Virus record (IMG/VR): IMGVR_UViG_3300012642_000011
Span: 288,001-352,000 of that record
Length of the DNA: 64,000 bases
Strand: one strand, 5' to 3'
Origin: a virus
Shown here: positions 30,623 through 39,231 of the stretch, one piece after another
Numbering within the stretch: position 1 is the stretch's first letter
Layout: every line of letters starts with the position of its first letter
The notes under the pieces: generated by a model
Told to the model about the DNA's origin: nothing
The model's database searches: none
Seen by the model: the letters and a program-made list of their open reading frames with translations, nothing else
Program-made: the position numbers and the translations under genes

Positions 30623-30970
30623 TCACTTGTTGTGAGCGGCGCGGTAACGCTTCACGGTGTCACGGGACAGACGGCCACGCTTGCCCTTCTCGATCAGGCC
30701 CTTCTCCTCAGCCCACGCGCGGATCTCGGCGGCGGAGTCGGAGACCACAACGGTATCCTTATCGGTGAACTGGTACTTCTTGCGGATCTTGTTCTTCAGG
30801 ATCTTCTCGGCGTTCTCAGCCACGAACTTGGGGTCCTGGACCTTGGTGGCGGACTTGGCGTTCAGCGGGACGATGTAGATACCCTTGTTCGGGATCAGCA
30901 CCTCCACGGGCTTGGCACCCATCTGCTTGGTGATCGCGTCCTGCAGGAACTTCTTCTGGGTCTTGGTCAT
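30623..30970 (-). CDS. Lsr2-like DNA-binding protein (single C-terminal domain)
   Basis: The C-terminus reads IRAWAEEKGLIEKGKRGRLSRDTVKRYRAAH. Internal start MTKTQKK with RBS GAAAGGAAG. A terminator hairpin lies at about 30583-30618. Confidence 0.55.
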   Translation of the reverse strand: MTKTQKKFLQDAITKQMGAKPVEVLIPNKGIYIVPLNAKSATKVQDPKFVAENAEKILKNKIRKKYQFTDKDTVVVSDSAAEIRAWAEEKGLIEKGKRGRLSRDTVKRYRAAHNK

Positions 30971-31683
30971 GATGCTTCCTTTCAAAGTGATCATTGTGAT
31001 CAGGATGTGTGTTCTTCTGTCTTGCTGGTATCCATGTTGCCACATTATTTCTTCCGTGTCAACTATGGATCTGCATTTTTCTCAAGGTTCCTTCTGCTTC
31101 TCTGTCGGCTTCCGTTGCCTTGATGAGTACATCATGGCACACCTTTAATCCCCGTGTCAACACTTTTGCCAAAATTTTCTCAAAAATCCTCTGACATGGG
31201 TGTTTACAAGAGAATCAGGGGGCTGAACAAAGGGACGCTCCACGAACTCACACCTGCTGCCTGTTGTAATAATTCTTATATAAGCCTTATATAAGCAAAA
31301 AGAAAGCATACAGGGACGCTCCACATACATAGCCTACAGGTCTGCAATCCTTCCTCTGCGACAAGAGAAGAGCGTTCAGAACACCTCTGCATGGGGACGC
31401 TCCACACATGCGGGATGAGGAGGTCACATCAGTGTGCTTGCTGGACACGCTGTACGCCGTTCTGAGGGCATGAAGGAGTGGCAAGCCATCAATGTTCGTA
31501 CCAGACCTAGAAACGCCCCACAGGGGCACACAGCCTCTCGTGGAAGGGCGTACAGCCGCCTAAGGTGACTTGTGAATCACTCCACGGTCATGGTTTCCCT
31601 GTAGGGACACAGAATGACGAAACATAGACAAAGCACCCTGTGTTCTCCCCGTCAAGAGAGCACAGGGTGCTTCAATGTGTCTA

Positions 31684-32187
31684 TCAGAAATCAGCCTGAT
31701 TCAGAACAGCCTTGACGTTGGCCCGATCCTTCTCAAAAGTGAGAGTACGATCAGCGTTATCGATCAGGGACTGGATCACGTCCTGCTTGGTTTCGTACCC
31801 GTCCTCGATCTCATCCTCGTCCACGTCGTCAAAGAACGTCCACGCATAACCGTTCTTGGTGCTCAGGATAGCATAGCGGCCCATGCCGTCGAAATCGTGC
31901 TCCCACAGAAGAGTGCCCTCAATCTGCTCCCACTTGTGCTTGCGCAGAGTATCCATGACAGGCGTGTAGAGCGCGGTGAAGGCATCCCCGTCAATGACCT
32001 CATCACCGATCTTCTGGGCCAGGTCATTCAGAGCATCCTCGTAGGAGACATGCACATCGTCGCTGAAGTGCTCCTGATCGTCCTCGAACACATCTCGATA
32101 CCCCGTCTTGTACTCCCCGTTGGAGATCTTGGCGACGTAGTAGGTCAGGGCCTTGTTCCCCGTGGAGAACTCGTTGATGATCTTCAT
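31684..32187 (-). CDS. hypothetical acidic protein
   Basis: 167-aa ORF with a terminator hairpin at about 31638-31678. Confidence 0.45.
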   Translation of the reverse strand: MKIINEFSTGNKALTYYVAKISNGEYKTGYRDVFEDDQEHFSDDVHVSYEDALNDLAQKIGDEVIDGDAFTALYTPVMDTLRKHKWEQIEGTLLWEHDFDGMGRYAILSTKNGYAWTFFDDVDEDEIEDGYETKQDVIQSLIDNADRTLTFEKDRANVKAVLNQADF

Positions 32188-32293
32188 GATCTTCCTTTTC
32201 TGTGAAGGCGGTGTTTAACTCTTGCTCTCATCATAAGCACAGGGACGCTCCAATGTCAACCACGGATCATCACGTCTTCTCTGCTCCCTGTTG

Positions 32294-32605
32294 TCAACCA
32301 CGGATCACAGGTGCAGGCGGGTGACCACTACCGCCGCCCTTACAATAGGACTCATGCCAAATGGGCAATGAGCAGTCATCTGCATGCAATCCGAACGTCT
32401 CTCCCCATGGTCTCATTCTATACGAAATGCCGAAACACAGATGGCACTGTGAAAGATCCTCATTGGGGCCTTCTGGTCCACGGTGTAACCCACGGGGACA
32501 CGGAATCTCACCGCGCCTGATCTTTTCCTGCAACTCCTGATACTCCTGCAACGCTCCGTTAGCGATGCGCTCACGTGCTGCTTTCCTGAATGCATTCTCG
32601 CTCAT
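32294..32605 (-). CDS. hypothetical protein
   Basis: 103-aa ORF. Confidence 0.4.
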   Translation of the reverse strand: MSENAFRKAARERIANGALQEYQELQEKIRRGEIPCPRGLHRGPEGPNEDLSQCHLCFGISYRMRPWGETFGLHADDCSLPIWHESYCKGGGSGHPPAPVIRG

Positions 32606-32750
32606 GGCATTCTCCTTCGATAGTAGTGCTTTATTTTACCAAGATAGATGCTATGTTGACCATTTGTTACAGCAGGGGGCAAGGGGACACAGAGTGATCT
32701 ACTAAGGATAGGCGGTAACACCCAATGTGTTACCGCCTATCTGTTGTGTT

Positions 32751-33287
32751 TCAGAGGGAGTCGTCAGCCACAGCCGAGAGGACGTAATTCTTGGACTCGG
32801 GATCAAGAAGCGTGCTCATCACGCCGAGGGTCTTCTTGGTCTTCTCGTACACCTCGCCCACGGTCACGTTGGTGTCCAGACCATTCACGTCCACGGCCAC
32901 TGCGAACGGGTTATCACTGCGCCAAACCTCCTCTTCGGTCGTGTGGCGATACACCTCCATGCCGGACAGTTCGGACAGGACAGCAACAGCCTTCTAGCCA
33001 ATCTCATCCTTGACAGTGATCTGGTTCTCATCACCGTCAAGGATCTCGATGACAGCATCCTTCACGCCGTCTGTCTCCAGACGCTCCACGTGACCCCCGT
33101 AGTCGAGGCACTCAACCCAGATCAGGGTAACCGACACGGCTCCCTCGTACTCGGAGTGAGAGAGAGCCAACTGCATGGGCGAAGTGATCCCCTGAAGGAA
33201 GAAAATGGGGAGGTTGTTGTCCTGTGTGCTCATCCACTCGGGGAGTTCAAGCATCGGGGTGTTCAGATCAAACAGATTGGTCATCAT
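32751..33287 (-). pseudogene. single reading frame split by one in-frame TAG (ORFs 32994..33287 and 32751..32960)
   Basis: The minus-strand translation ...KDEIG-TAG-KAVAVLSELSGMEVYRHTTEEE... runs straight through the stop. There is no RBS before the downstream ATG. Confidence 0.4.
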
Positions 33288-33479
33288 GTCCTTCTTTCAA
33301 AGTAATCGGTCTTGCTCTGTCATGGATGAATCTACCACAGGGGACGCTCCATGCGCAACCTGATACTCACATTATTTTTTTGCAGATAGTTCTCAACAAG
33401 ACAGAGGGGACACAGATAACACTACGGGGTGAGCATGGCATCTACCCGAACACCATGCTCACCCCGTGAAATCAGCAGT

Positions 33480-33710
33480 TCACTTGGCAAAATCCTCTGT
33501 CGCGTCAAGCGAAATGTCATCCGTGACAGGAACCTCTCCATCGATCTCCTCCCACGGGCAAGGACGTGGACGACGCACGATCCGCCACGCGCCCTCACGT
33601 GCGCCATCCTCTTCGAACTCACGCATGATTGCACTGACGGCATTGAGACCCATTCCCTCATACAAAATCTCGCCCGTTCGCGTTCGCTTGATCGCGTACT
33701 CATACGACAT
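33480..33710 (-). CDS. hypothetical protein
   Basis: 76-aa ORF with RBS AAGGAGAA. Confidence 0.45.
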   Translation of the reverse strand: MSYEYAIKRTRTGEILYEGMGLNAVSAIMREFEEDGAREGAWRIVRRPRPCPWEEIDGEVPVTDDISLDATEDFAK

Positions 33711-33827
33711 GATGATTCTCCTTCAAACACTGATTTCATTGTCTCTTGTCAGGATACACAGAAGGACGCTCCATTGTCAAGAATACATCAGGTCACGTTT
33801 TCCAGACATGGGGACACAGTGTTGCCA

Positions 33828-34271
33828 TCAAGCACCCAAGCCTACACCTGATTCTTTGGACAACTGTGTGATGAACCTCGTGATCTTCTTTGTTTCCAAG
33901 ATAGCAAGGCTCTGATCATTCACCACACCAAAAGTCTCCCCCACATCGTTGTAGTCCATGCTGTGCCAGACGCCCAAGGGGACGCTCGAAGAAGCAAACT
34001 CCTTGCCGACAACAAGAGAACCATCTCTTTCTGAAACCTTGTAGAGACCAAAAGGAGCGTGCAAATGATCCTCAGGGGAATCGTAGAACTCGAAGACGAA
34101 CTTGCGTGGCTTGCGGGAGAGTTTATCCAGTTCAGCCATGATGGCCTCAGCAACGCTCAGCAAGGAAAGCGTCCTCTGTACTCGATTGTACGCGTTGATT
34201 ACATCTGCATGAGAATTCTGAATTCCTAAACGCAGTTTTCTCACACCTGATGCAGTCACTTTTGTCGCCAT
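33828..34271 (-). CDS. hypothetical protein
   Basis: 147-aa ORF. Confidence 0.45.
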   Translation of the reverse strand: MATKVTASGVRKLRLGIQNSHADVINAYNRVQRTLSLLSVAEAIMAELDKLSRKPRKFVFEFYDSPEDHLHAPFGLYKVSERDGSLVVGKEFASSSVPLGVWHSMDYNDVGETFGVVNDQSLAILETKKITRFITQLSKESGVGLGA

Positions 34272-34453
34272 GATCTCTCTTCTCTCAGTCAGCAGATTGC
34301 TATATTCATCTTTGCAGATTGTATCAAAACATCCCCACGTCTAAGATTTAAAGATCATAAGAGGACGCTCCATTATTGAAGGTGTTGCACTCTATGCAGG
34401 TTCATGATACTGTGGAAGCAAGTTGATAACTCACACACCACAAGGAGACCGTC

Positions 34454-34768
34454 ATGAAGAAGATGACCGCAGAGCAGATGCAGGACTACCGAGAGAACTT
34501 CGGTGATGTCCCCAATAGCAGAATGGCATACGCCAATGAGTACGAGCGAGGGAAGTTCCTCAAGAAGCATGGGTTCAACGCTGATGCCAACGACGACATC
34601 TTCTCTGATACCAAGTACGTGTACTGTGTCTCTCACATTCGTCCTCACACTGTGGGCTGGTGTACTGTAGGCGCAGCTAACCAGTACCCTCTTGTTGCAC
34701 AGGATGATGTGTCTGCGCTTCAGGAAACGCGCAATCTCAACTTCCCCATCATGGGCGATAAGGACTGA
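34454..34768 (+). CDS. hypothetical protein, first copy of a tandem paralog pair
   Basis: MKKMTAEQMQDYRENFG...TKYVYCVSHIRPHTVGWCTV is paralogous to the next gene. RBS AAGGAGA. Confidence 0.5.
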   Translation: MKKMTAEQMQDYRENFGDVPNSRMAYANEYERGKFLKKHGFNADANDDIFSDTKYVYCVSHIRPHTVGWCTVGAANQYPLVAQDDVSALQETRNLNFPIMGDKD

Positions 34769-34863
34769 GCACCCTTCACAGGACGCTCCATACTCTTGCA
34801 CGCTGAGCGCTCATGTGATAGGCTAGAAGCACCACTTGAGAAGTAAACCACAAGGAGACCATC

Positions 34864-35199
34864 ATGGATCAGATGACCGTAGAGCAGATGCAGGACTACC
34901 GAGATAACTTCGGTCCTGTCTCCCTCAGCAGCAACGAGGGTGAACACCATCGCTTTAAGTACTTCAAGTCGCGCGATATGGACGTGTCCGCACCTGATAC
35001 GATCTTCCCTGACACCAAGTACGTGTACTGTGTCTCTCACATGAATCCTCACACCGTGGGTTGGTGTACTGTGCGTGTTGCCAATAAGTACCCCCTGCTC
35101 TCCACTGATCGTGAGAAGGCTATCGAGGAATGCCGCGACCTTGACTTCCCGCTGTTCGAGGACGTGGAGAAGATGCGTCGTCTGGCCCAGAAGCCCTGA
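34864..35199 (+). CDS. hypothetical protein, second copy of a tandem paralog pair
   Basis: MDQMTVEQMQDYRDNFG...TKYVYCVSHMNPHTVGWCTV. It has its own promoter TTGCAC-17-TAGGCT and RBS. Confidence 0.5.
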   Translation: MDQMTVEQMQDYRDNFGPVSLSSNEGEHHRFKYFKSRDMDVSAPDTIFPDTKYVYCVSHMNPHTVGWCTVRVANKYPLLSTDREKAIEECRDLDFPLFEDVEKMRRLAQKP

Positions 35200-35354
35200 T
35201 AATCAAGCCTGTGATGGCTACACAGCAAGGTCATATCATCCACCGATTCGATGGATTTTAAAAACTGATCACAGTGAGAGTTGCAATGCTTGCAGATGTG
35301 TAGTACACTTTAAATCGTAAGCACGAACCACTCATTGAAATCAAGGAGAATGCC

Positions 35355-35657
35355 ATGAAGATGAACACGAACACCAAGACCGTCAAGCAGACCACGCTCA
35401 TTTTCGAGATTGAGAGCGAGGATGACGTTGCGACCTTCAACGATGAGATCGAGAAGGCGCTTGAGCAGGCGTGGGATGATGATGCAGAGCAGAGCATCTA
35501 TGATGACGAGGTTATTGCGCCTAAGATCGAGCTTAGCCCCAACTGGAACGGAAACGCCGTCATTGGCTACAAGGGGGGCGTTATCGCCACCTTCGATCAC
35601 CTTCCCGTGACCATCGAGGTTCCGGCTCACAACACGTCGGCAACCAACGTCATGTGA
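35355..35657 (+). CDS. hypothetical protein, first copy of a second tandem paralog pair
   Basis: ...HTTLIFEIESEDD...PVTIEVPAHNTSATNVM, followed by a terminator at about 35662-35705. Confidence 0.5.
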   Translation: MKMNTNTKTVKQTTLIFEIESEDDVATFNDEIEKALEQAWDDDAEQSIYDDEVIAPKIELSPNWNGNAVIGYKGGVIATFDHLPVTIEVPAHNTSATNVM

Positions 35658-35661
35658 CCTG

Positions 35662-35705
35662 AAGAAGAGCAGGGGAGAGACCACGAGGCATCATTCGTGG
35701 TCTCT
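35662..35705 (+). terminator. intrinsic terminator
   Basis: aggggagagaccacga...cgtggtctctcccct followed by ttttttg. A paralogous copy follows the next gene at about 36083-36122. Confidence 0.6.
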
Positions 35706-35757
35706 CCCCTTTTTTGCTATAATAATCGTAAATCACACGTACAAGAAGGGAGATAAA

Positions 35758-36069
35758 ATGGAGATCACAGCAAGCAATGAGAACGTCAAGCACACTACTC
35801 TCACCTTCGTCCTCAACAGCGAGGAAGAGGTTGTCGTCTTCAACGATGTCGTGGAAGAGCATTTGATCGAGGCATGGGAAAACGGAGCGTTCAAGAGCGA
35901 AAACGAGGACGAGAGGCACGTTCCTCAGATCGAGAAGGAAGAGACAGATGATCTCAATGAATACAGTCTCCTGTACCACATTGACGTGCTGGACACCTTC
36001 ACTGGCGAGGACTTCCCGGTGACCATTCAGATTCCGGCTCACAACACGTCAGCAGTCAGCATCCTGTGA
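35758..36069 (+). CDS. hypothetical protein, second copy of a second tandem paralog pair
   Basis: ...HTTLTFVLNSEEE...PVTIQIPAHNTSAVSIL, followed by a near-identical terminator at about 36083-36122. Confidence 0.5.
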   Translation: MEITASNENVKHTTLTFVLNSEEEVVVFNDVVEEHLIEAWENGAFKSENEDERHVPQIEKEETDDLNEYSLLYHIDVLDTFTGEDFPVTIQIPAHNTSAVSIL

Positions 36070-36236
36070 CTTGAACAAGAAAAGGGGAGACCACGAGGTT
36101 AGCGTGCGTGGTCCCCCTTTCTATTTGCCTAGATCACGCAGAAAACGCACGAATAAATGAGGGGACACAAATCTTGTATCCTTTACCTTTTGATAGAATT
36201 ACATTATAGACGTTCCACTTTCTCAAAGGAGTATTC

Positions 36237-37001
36237 ATGGCGACAAAGACTGTCACCCTCTCAAGCAACCCCCTCAGGCATCCAAAAATGCCCAGCATGA
36301 TCCTTGGACCTGTAGCCTCCCGAGGTGGTCAGGCATGCTACGCGCCTGTAGCGTTCCTGCTCAAAGATGGGACGCTCTACACGTCTCTCAAGACAGGTAA
36401 AATCGATGAATGGAGTGATACTGAATGCTCATCATTCCGCTTCCTCAAGTACACTTACACCGATGATTTCACCCGCGAGGGGGATCAGTGGTACATGAAC
36501 GGCGAGCCGCTCTACGACGAAGAGGAATACCCTGTCATCCCCCATAGGGAGGGGCAGACCATTGCAGAGGTCACAGCCTTCATAGACACGCCTCTGACGG
36601 CAGATGAGGACGCTCCTACCACCAGCGCTATTGAAGCCATCTCTACGCCTACAGGAAGCGACGAAGGAGAGCAAGAGGTTGCTCAAGCGTCTCTGGACAC
36701 TACCGATTCCATGAACACAGGAGAGCACTATTTCAAGAACCTTGTGCGTTTACCAGATGGGGCTTGGTTTGGACTGTCCGAAACGTCAGGACGCTTGATG
36801 TGGGTCAGTGATGAGCAGTTGAAATCATTCTCCATTAATAGGGCTGCTAACGATGTCGTCTCCTATGTTAAAGATGGCGGCAAGTGGATACAAAGAGGCA
36901 AAGGCCCCATTGGAAAGCCATTCCCATGGGTTACCGCGCTCATTGTCCTCATGGTGGTAGCAGCGGCAGCATTCGGTTATTGGTGGTTCGTCATGAAGTG
37001 A
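36237..37001 (+). CDS. C-terminally membrane-anchored hypothetical protein
   Basis: The C-terminal TM reads WVTALIVLMVVAAAAFGYWWFV. RBS AAAGGAG. Confidence 0.5.
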   Translation: MATKTVTLSSNPLRHPKMPSMILGPVASRGGQACYAPVAFLLKDGTLYTSLKTGKIDEWSDTECSSFRFLKYTYTDDFTREGDQWYMNGEPLYDEEEYPVIPHREGQTIAEVTAFIDTPLTADEDAPTTSAIEAISTPTGSDEGEQEVAQASLDTTDSMNTGEHYFKNLVRLPDGAWFGLSETSGRLMWVSDEQLKSFSINRAANDVVSYVKDGGKWIQRGKGPIGKPFPWVTALIVLMVVAAAAFGYWWFVMK

Positions 37002-37082
37002 TAGGGACGCTCCATATCTTAATACCATCATCATCTCATATGCAATTGTTAGAGAAAACAGCATCATAGCGAGGTGGTGCAA

Positions 37083-38276
37083 ATGGGAATAGTGATCACA
37101 AAGACGGCCTACGGGAAGTCAAAAACGGATGGCACATGGGAGAGATGCCGCGCAAAGCCTGAGAACAGGGGTAAGGGGCGATGTCCGCACGGAGAGCATC
37201 AAGACCTCACCAAAGACGAGGAGCAAATCATCCATGTGCTCAACGATGAGATACTCATCAAGAAGTACGGCAGTACAGCAAGGTTGTCCAAGAAGGGGGA
37301 CGCTCCTTCCTCAACAGGCAAGAGGACGCAGCAATCAGGGCAAGCATCGTCCAAGCCTAGAAGGAAGCGCAGAGGACAAGGCAGCAGGAGAAACAAGATC
37401 GCCAAGGTGGGAAATAACTCCTTTGCTACCCATGAAGGGGGACGCTCCCTTACAAGAAAAGAATTCGATACATCAAGCCAGAAGGTGGCAGAATCTTTCC
37501 CCCAAGAGGATTGGAAAGCCATCAATAGTTTTTATTCAAAGTTCTCTGAAGTATCTGAAAAGGATGAAGCGAAGAAGAACTTTGATTCTGCGGTGAAGTC
37601 CGTTAAGGAATACATGAAGAGTGATGACCCTGATGCTGTGAAGATGAGGGAATTCTTTGGTGATGATGTGAACGTGGATGACGTGGCAGAGATACTGGTC
37701 TACCAAGTCAACGCTATGCGTTCTCCTATCACGTGGGAAACCAAGAGGCCGGGCACTATCAAGCGTTCTATAGCCACCACGGTGAACAACGACATGAACA
37801 AGGAGAGATACGTTGCCAGCGTCATGTTCTTTGGTGGAAGGTGCTGCTACTGCAATCAGCCCATGTCCAAACGAGAAGGTGACTCCAAGGCTACAGGCGA
37901 GCACATTACACCCGTGAACCCTTCTGGTAACGGAGTGATGGGAGGGACACGCTATGGCAACATGGCTCTTGCTTGTTCAGGGTGCAACAACGAGAGAGGC
38001 AACAAGGAGTTGAATGAGTGGATCAGCGAGACCTCAAGGCTTTCAGAGGAGAATAAGAAGGCTTCTATGGATCGTATTGACCAGTTCAGGAAGTTTGCTC
38101 TCTACAAGGAGTACACGCCGGAGCAGTCGAATGCCATCAGGGCGGCTATCAAGGAGACAGAGAAGTTCATGTATGAGAGAAGGAATCCTAATGGTTCGTA
38201 TGTGGACAATGGGATCAAGGAGATCAGGGATCACTTGAAGATCACGATTCATGATCTGAATGAGATGCTGAGGTGA
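37083..38276 (+). CDS. HNH endonuclease with a long basic N-terminal region
   Basis: CCYCNQ...GEHITPVNP...NMALACSGCNNERGNK is an HNH or His-Me finger. The ATG at 37083 is preceded by GAGGTGG. Its TGA stop overlaps the last copy of motif A. Confidence 0.6.
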   Translation: MGIVITKTAYGKSKTDGTWERCRAKPENRGKGRCPHGEHQDLTKDEEQIIHVLNDEILIKKYGSTARLSKKGDAPSSTGKRTQQSGQASSKPRRKRRGQGSRRNKIAKVGNNSFATHEGGRSLTRKEFDTSSQKVAESFPQEDWKAINSFYSKFSEVSEKDEAKKNFDSAVKSVKEYMKSDDPDAVKMREFFGDDVNVDDVAEILVYQVNAMRSPITWETKRPGTIKRSIATTVNNDMNKERYVASVMFFGGRCCYCNQPMSKREGDSKATGEHITPVNPSGNGVMGGTRYGNMALACSGCNNERGNKELNEWISETSRLSEENKKASMDRIDQFRKFALYKEYTPEQSNAIRAAIKETEKFMYERRNPNGSYVDNGIKEIRDHLKITIHDLNEMLR

Positions 38277-38409
38277 GGGGACACAGTTCTTAGTCGCCTA
38301 GAAGCAAGAAACCCTGTAAGCATTGCTTACAGGGTTTCTGTATTGATTAACTCGTGGTGGTGCTCACAAGGCTTAAAGAGATGGATGCTGGCGAGGATTT
38401 AGCACCCAC

Positions 38410-38489
38410 GTACCCCTAACGGGATTCGAACCCGTATGCCGAAGCGAGAGATTTTAAGTCTCCTGTGTATACCAATTCCACCATAGGGG
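38410..38489 (-). tRNA. tRNA-Leu (anticodon UAA) with an unusually short variable arm
   Basis: Minus-strand reading GCCCCTA-TGGTGGAATTGGTATACAC-AGGAGACTTAAAATCTCT-CGCTTCGGCATA-CGGGTTCGAATCCCGT-TAGGGGT-A. The D-arm is Leu-like (GGAATTGGTA). The anticodon loop CUUAAAA gives UAA. No CCA is encoded. Confidence 0.55.
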
Positions 38490-38757
38490 CAAAAGTGGGA
38501 TGTTGATCCTGCCTTGTACTTCGGCAGAACCAACAGCCCTTGCGGGTTGAGGGTAATGACTCCCCGTACCGCGATGAGCAAGATGGCCCATCAGCAACCT
38601 CCCGACCTTTCTCGGTAGTCCGCACTGTACATTGCTTTGAAAGAGCATGCACGGTCAGTGCCAACCGCCTCCCTGACGTGTGAGGAAACGCCTGCAAGGT
38701 CATTACTCCTTACAGGACATTGGTGAATCGTCATTATCGATTCCAACCAATGCTTTG

Positions 38758-38830
38758 TACTCCCAACGGGATTCGAACCCGTGTCGTCGCCGTGAAAGGG
38801 CGATGTCCTAGGCCACTAGACGATGGGAGC
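38758..38830 (-). tRNA. tRNA-Glu (anticodon UUC)
   Basis: Minus-strand GCTCCCATCGTCTAGTGGCCTAGGACATCGCCCTTTCACGGCGACGACACGGGTTCGAATCCCGTTGGGAGTA closely resembles bacterial tRNA-Glu. Confidence 0.7.
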
Positions 38831-39056
38831 GTGGCCCCTGACTGCACTATGAACCCCATGTGTTCTCACGGAATCCACCATGCATTCAGGAATACTATCA
38901 GGCAAGTCCCTACCTACCACATCGTCCTGATGACCTTTTTCAAGTCATAGCGGACAGGGAACTCTTTACCAAGTTGATGTTCGGCCCAAAATTCTTTTCA
39001 TTATTCTGTTGTTCTGATTCTAGTGTATCACACTCGGATCAGTTATGCAAGTCCAT

Positions 39057-39112
39057 TATAGTGTTGGTTGCCAGACGGCGGAACCCTTTGCCATCTGGCA
39101 ACCAACACTATA
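39057..39112. repeat. perfect 19-bp inverted repeat (hairpin) with an 18-nt loop
   Basis: tatagtgttggttgccaga - cggcggaaccctttgcca - tctggcaaccaacactata. Confidence 0.6.
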
Positions 39113-39178
39113 CCAGAAGGTTTGACTACCAGAGGGCAGTGCTTTGCTCAAAGCCCGTCTGGTGTCCTACCCTCCCAA

Positions 39179-39231
39179 GGTTTGATTACCATGCTGTACC
39201 CTGAGAATAATACCGCATGGTAATCAAAACT
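39179..39231. repeat. perfect 15-bp inverted repeat (hairpin) with a 20-nt loop, preceded by a direct repeat aaggtttgaYtacc
   Basis: gtttgattaccatgc - tgtaccctgagaataatacc - gcatggtaatcaaac. A direct repeat lies at about 39116-39130 and 39176-39190. Confidence 0.55.

Noticed and set aside
38399-38703. Short ORFs (60-95 aa) overlapping the tRNA-Leu gene and the structured spacer
   Set aside because: They overlap clear tRNA genes and hairpin-rich non-coding DNA and have no RBS.
39057-39231. Considered the long hairpins to be rho-independent terminators for the tRNAs
   Set aside because: Stems of 15-19 bp and loops of 18-20 nt without T-tracts are atypical for intrinsic terminators. They are reported as repeats of unknown function instead.
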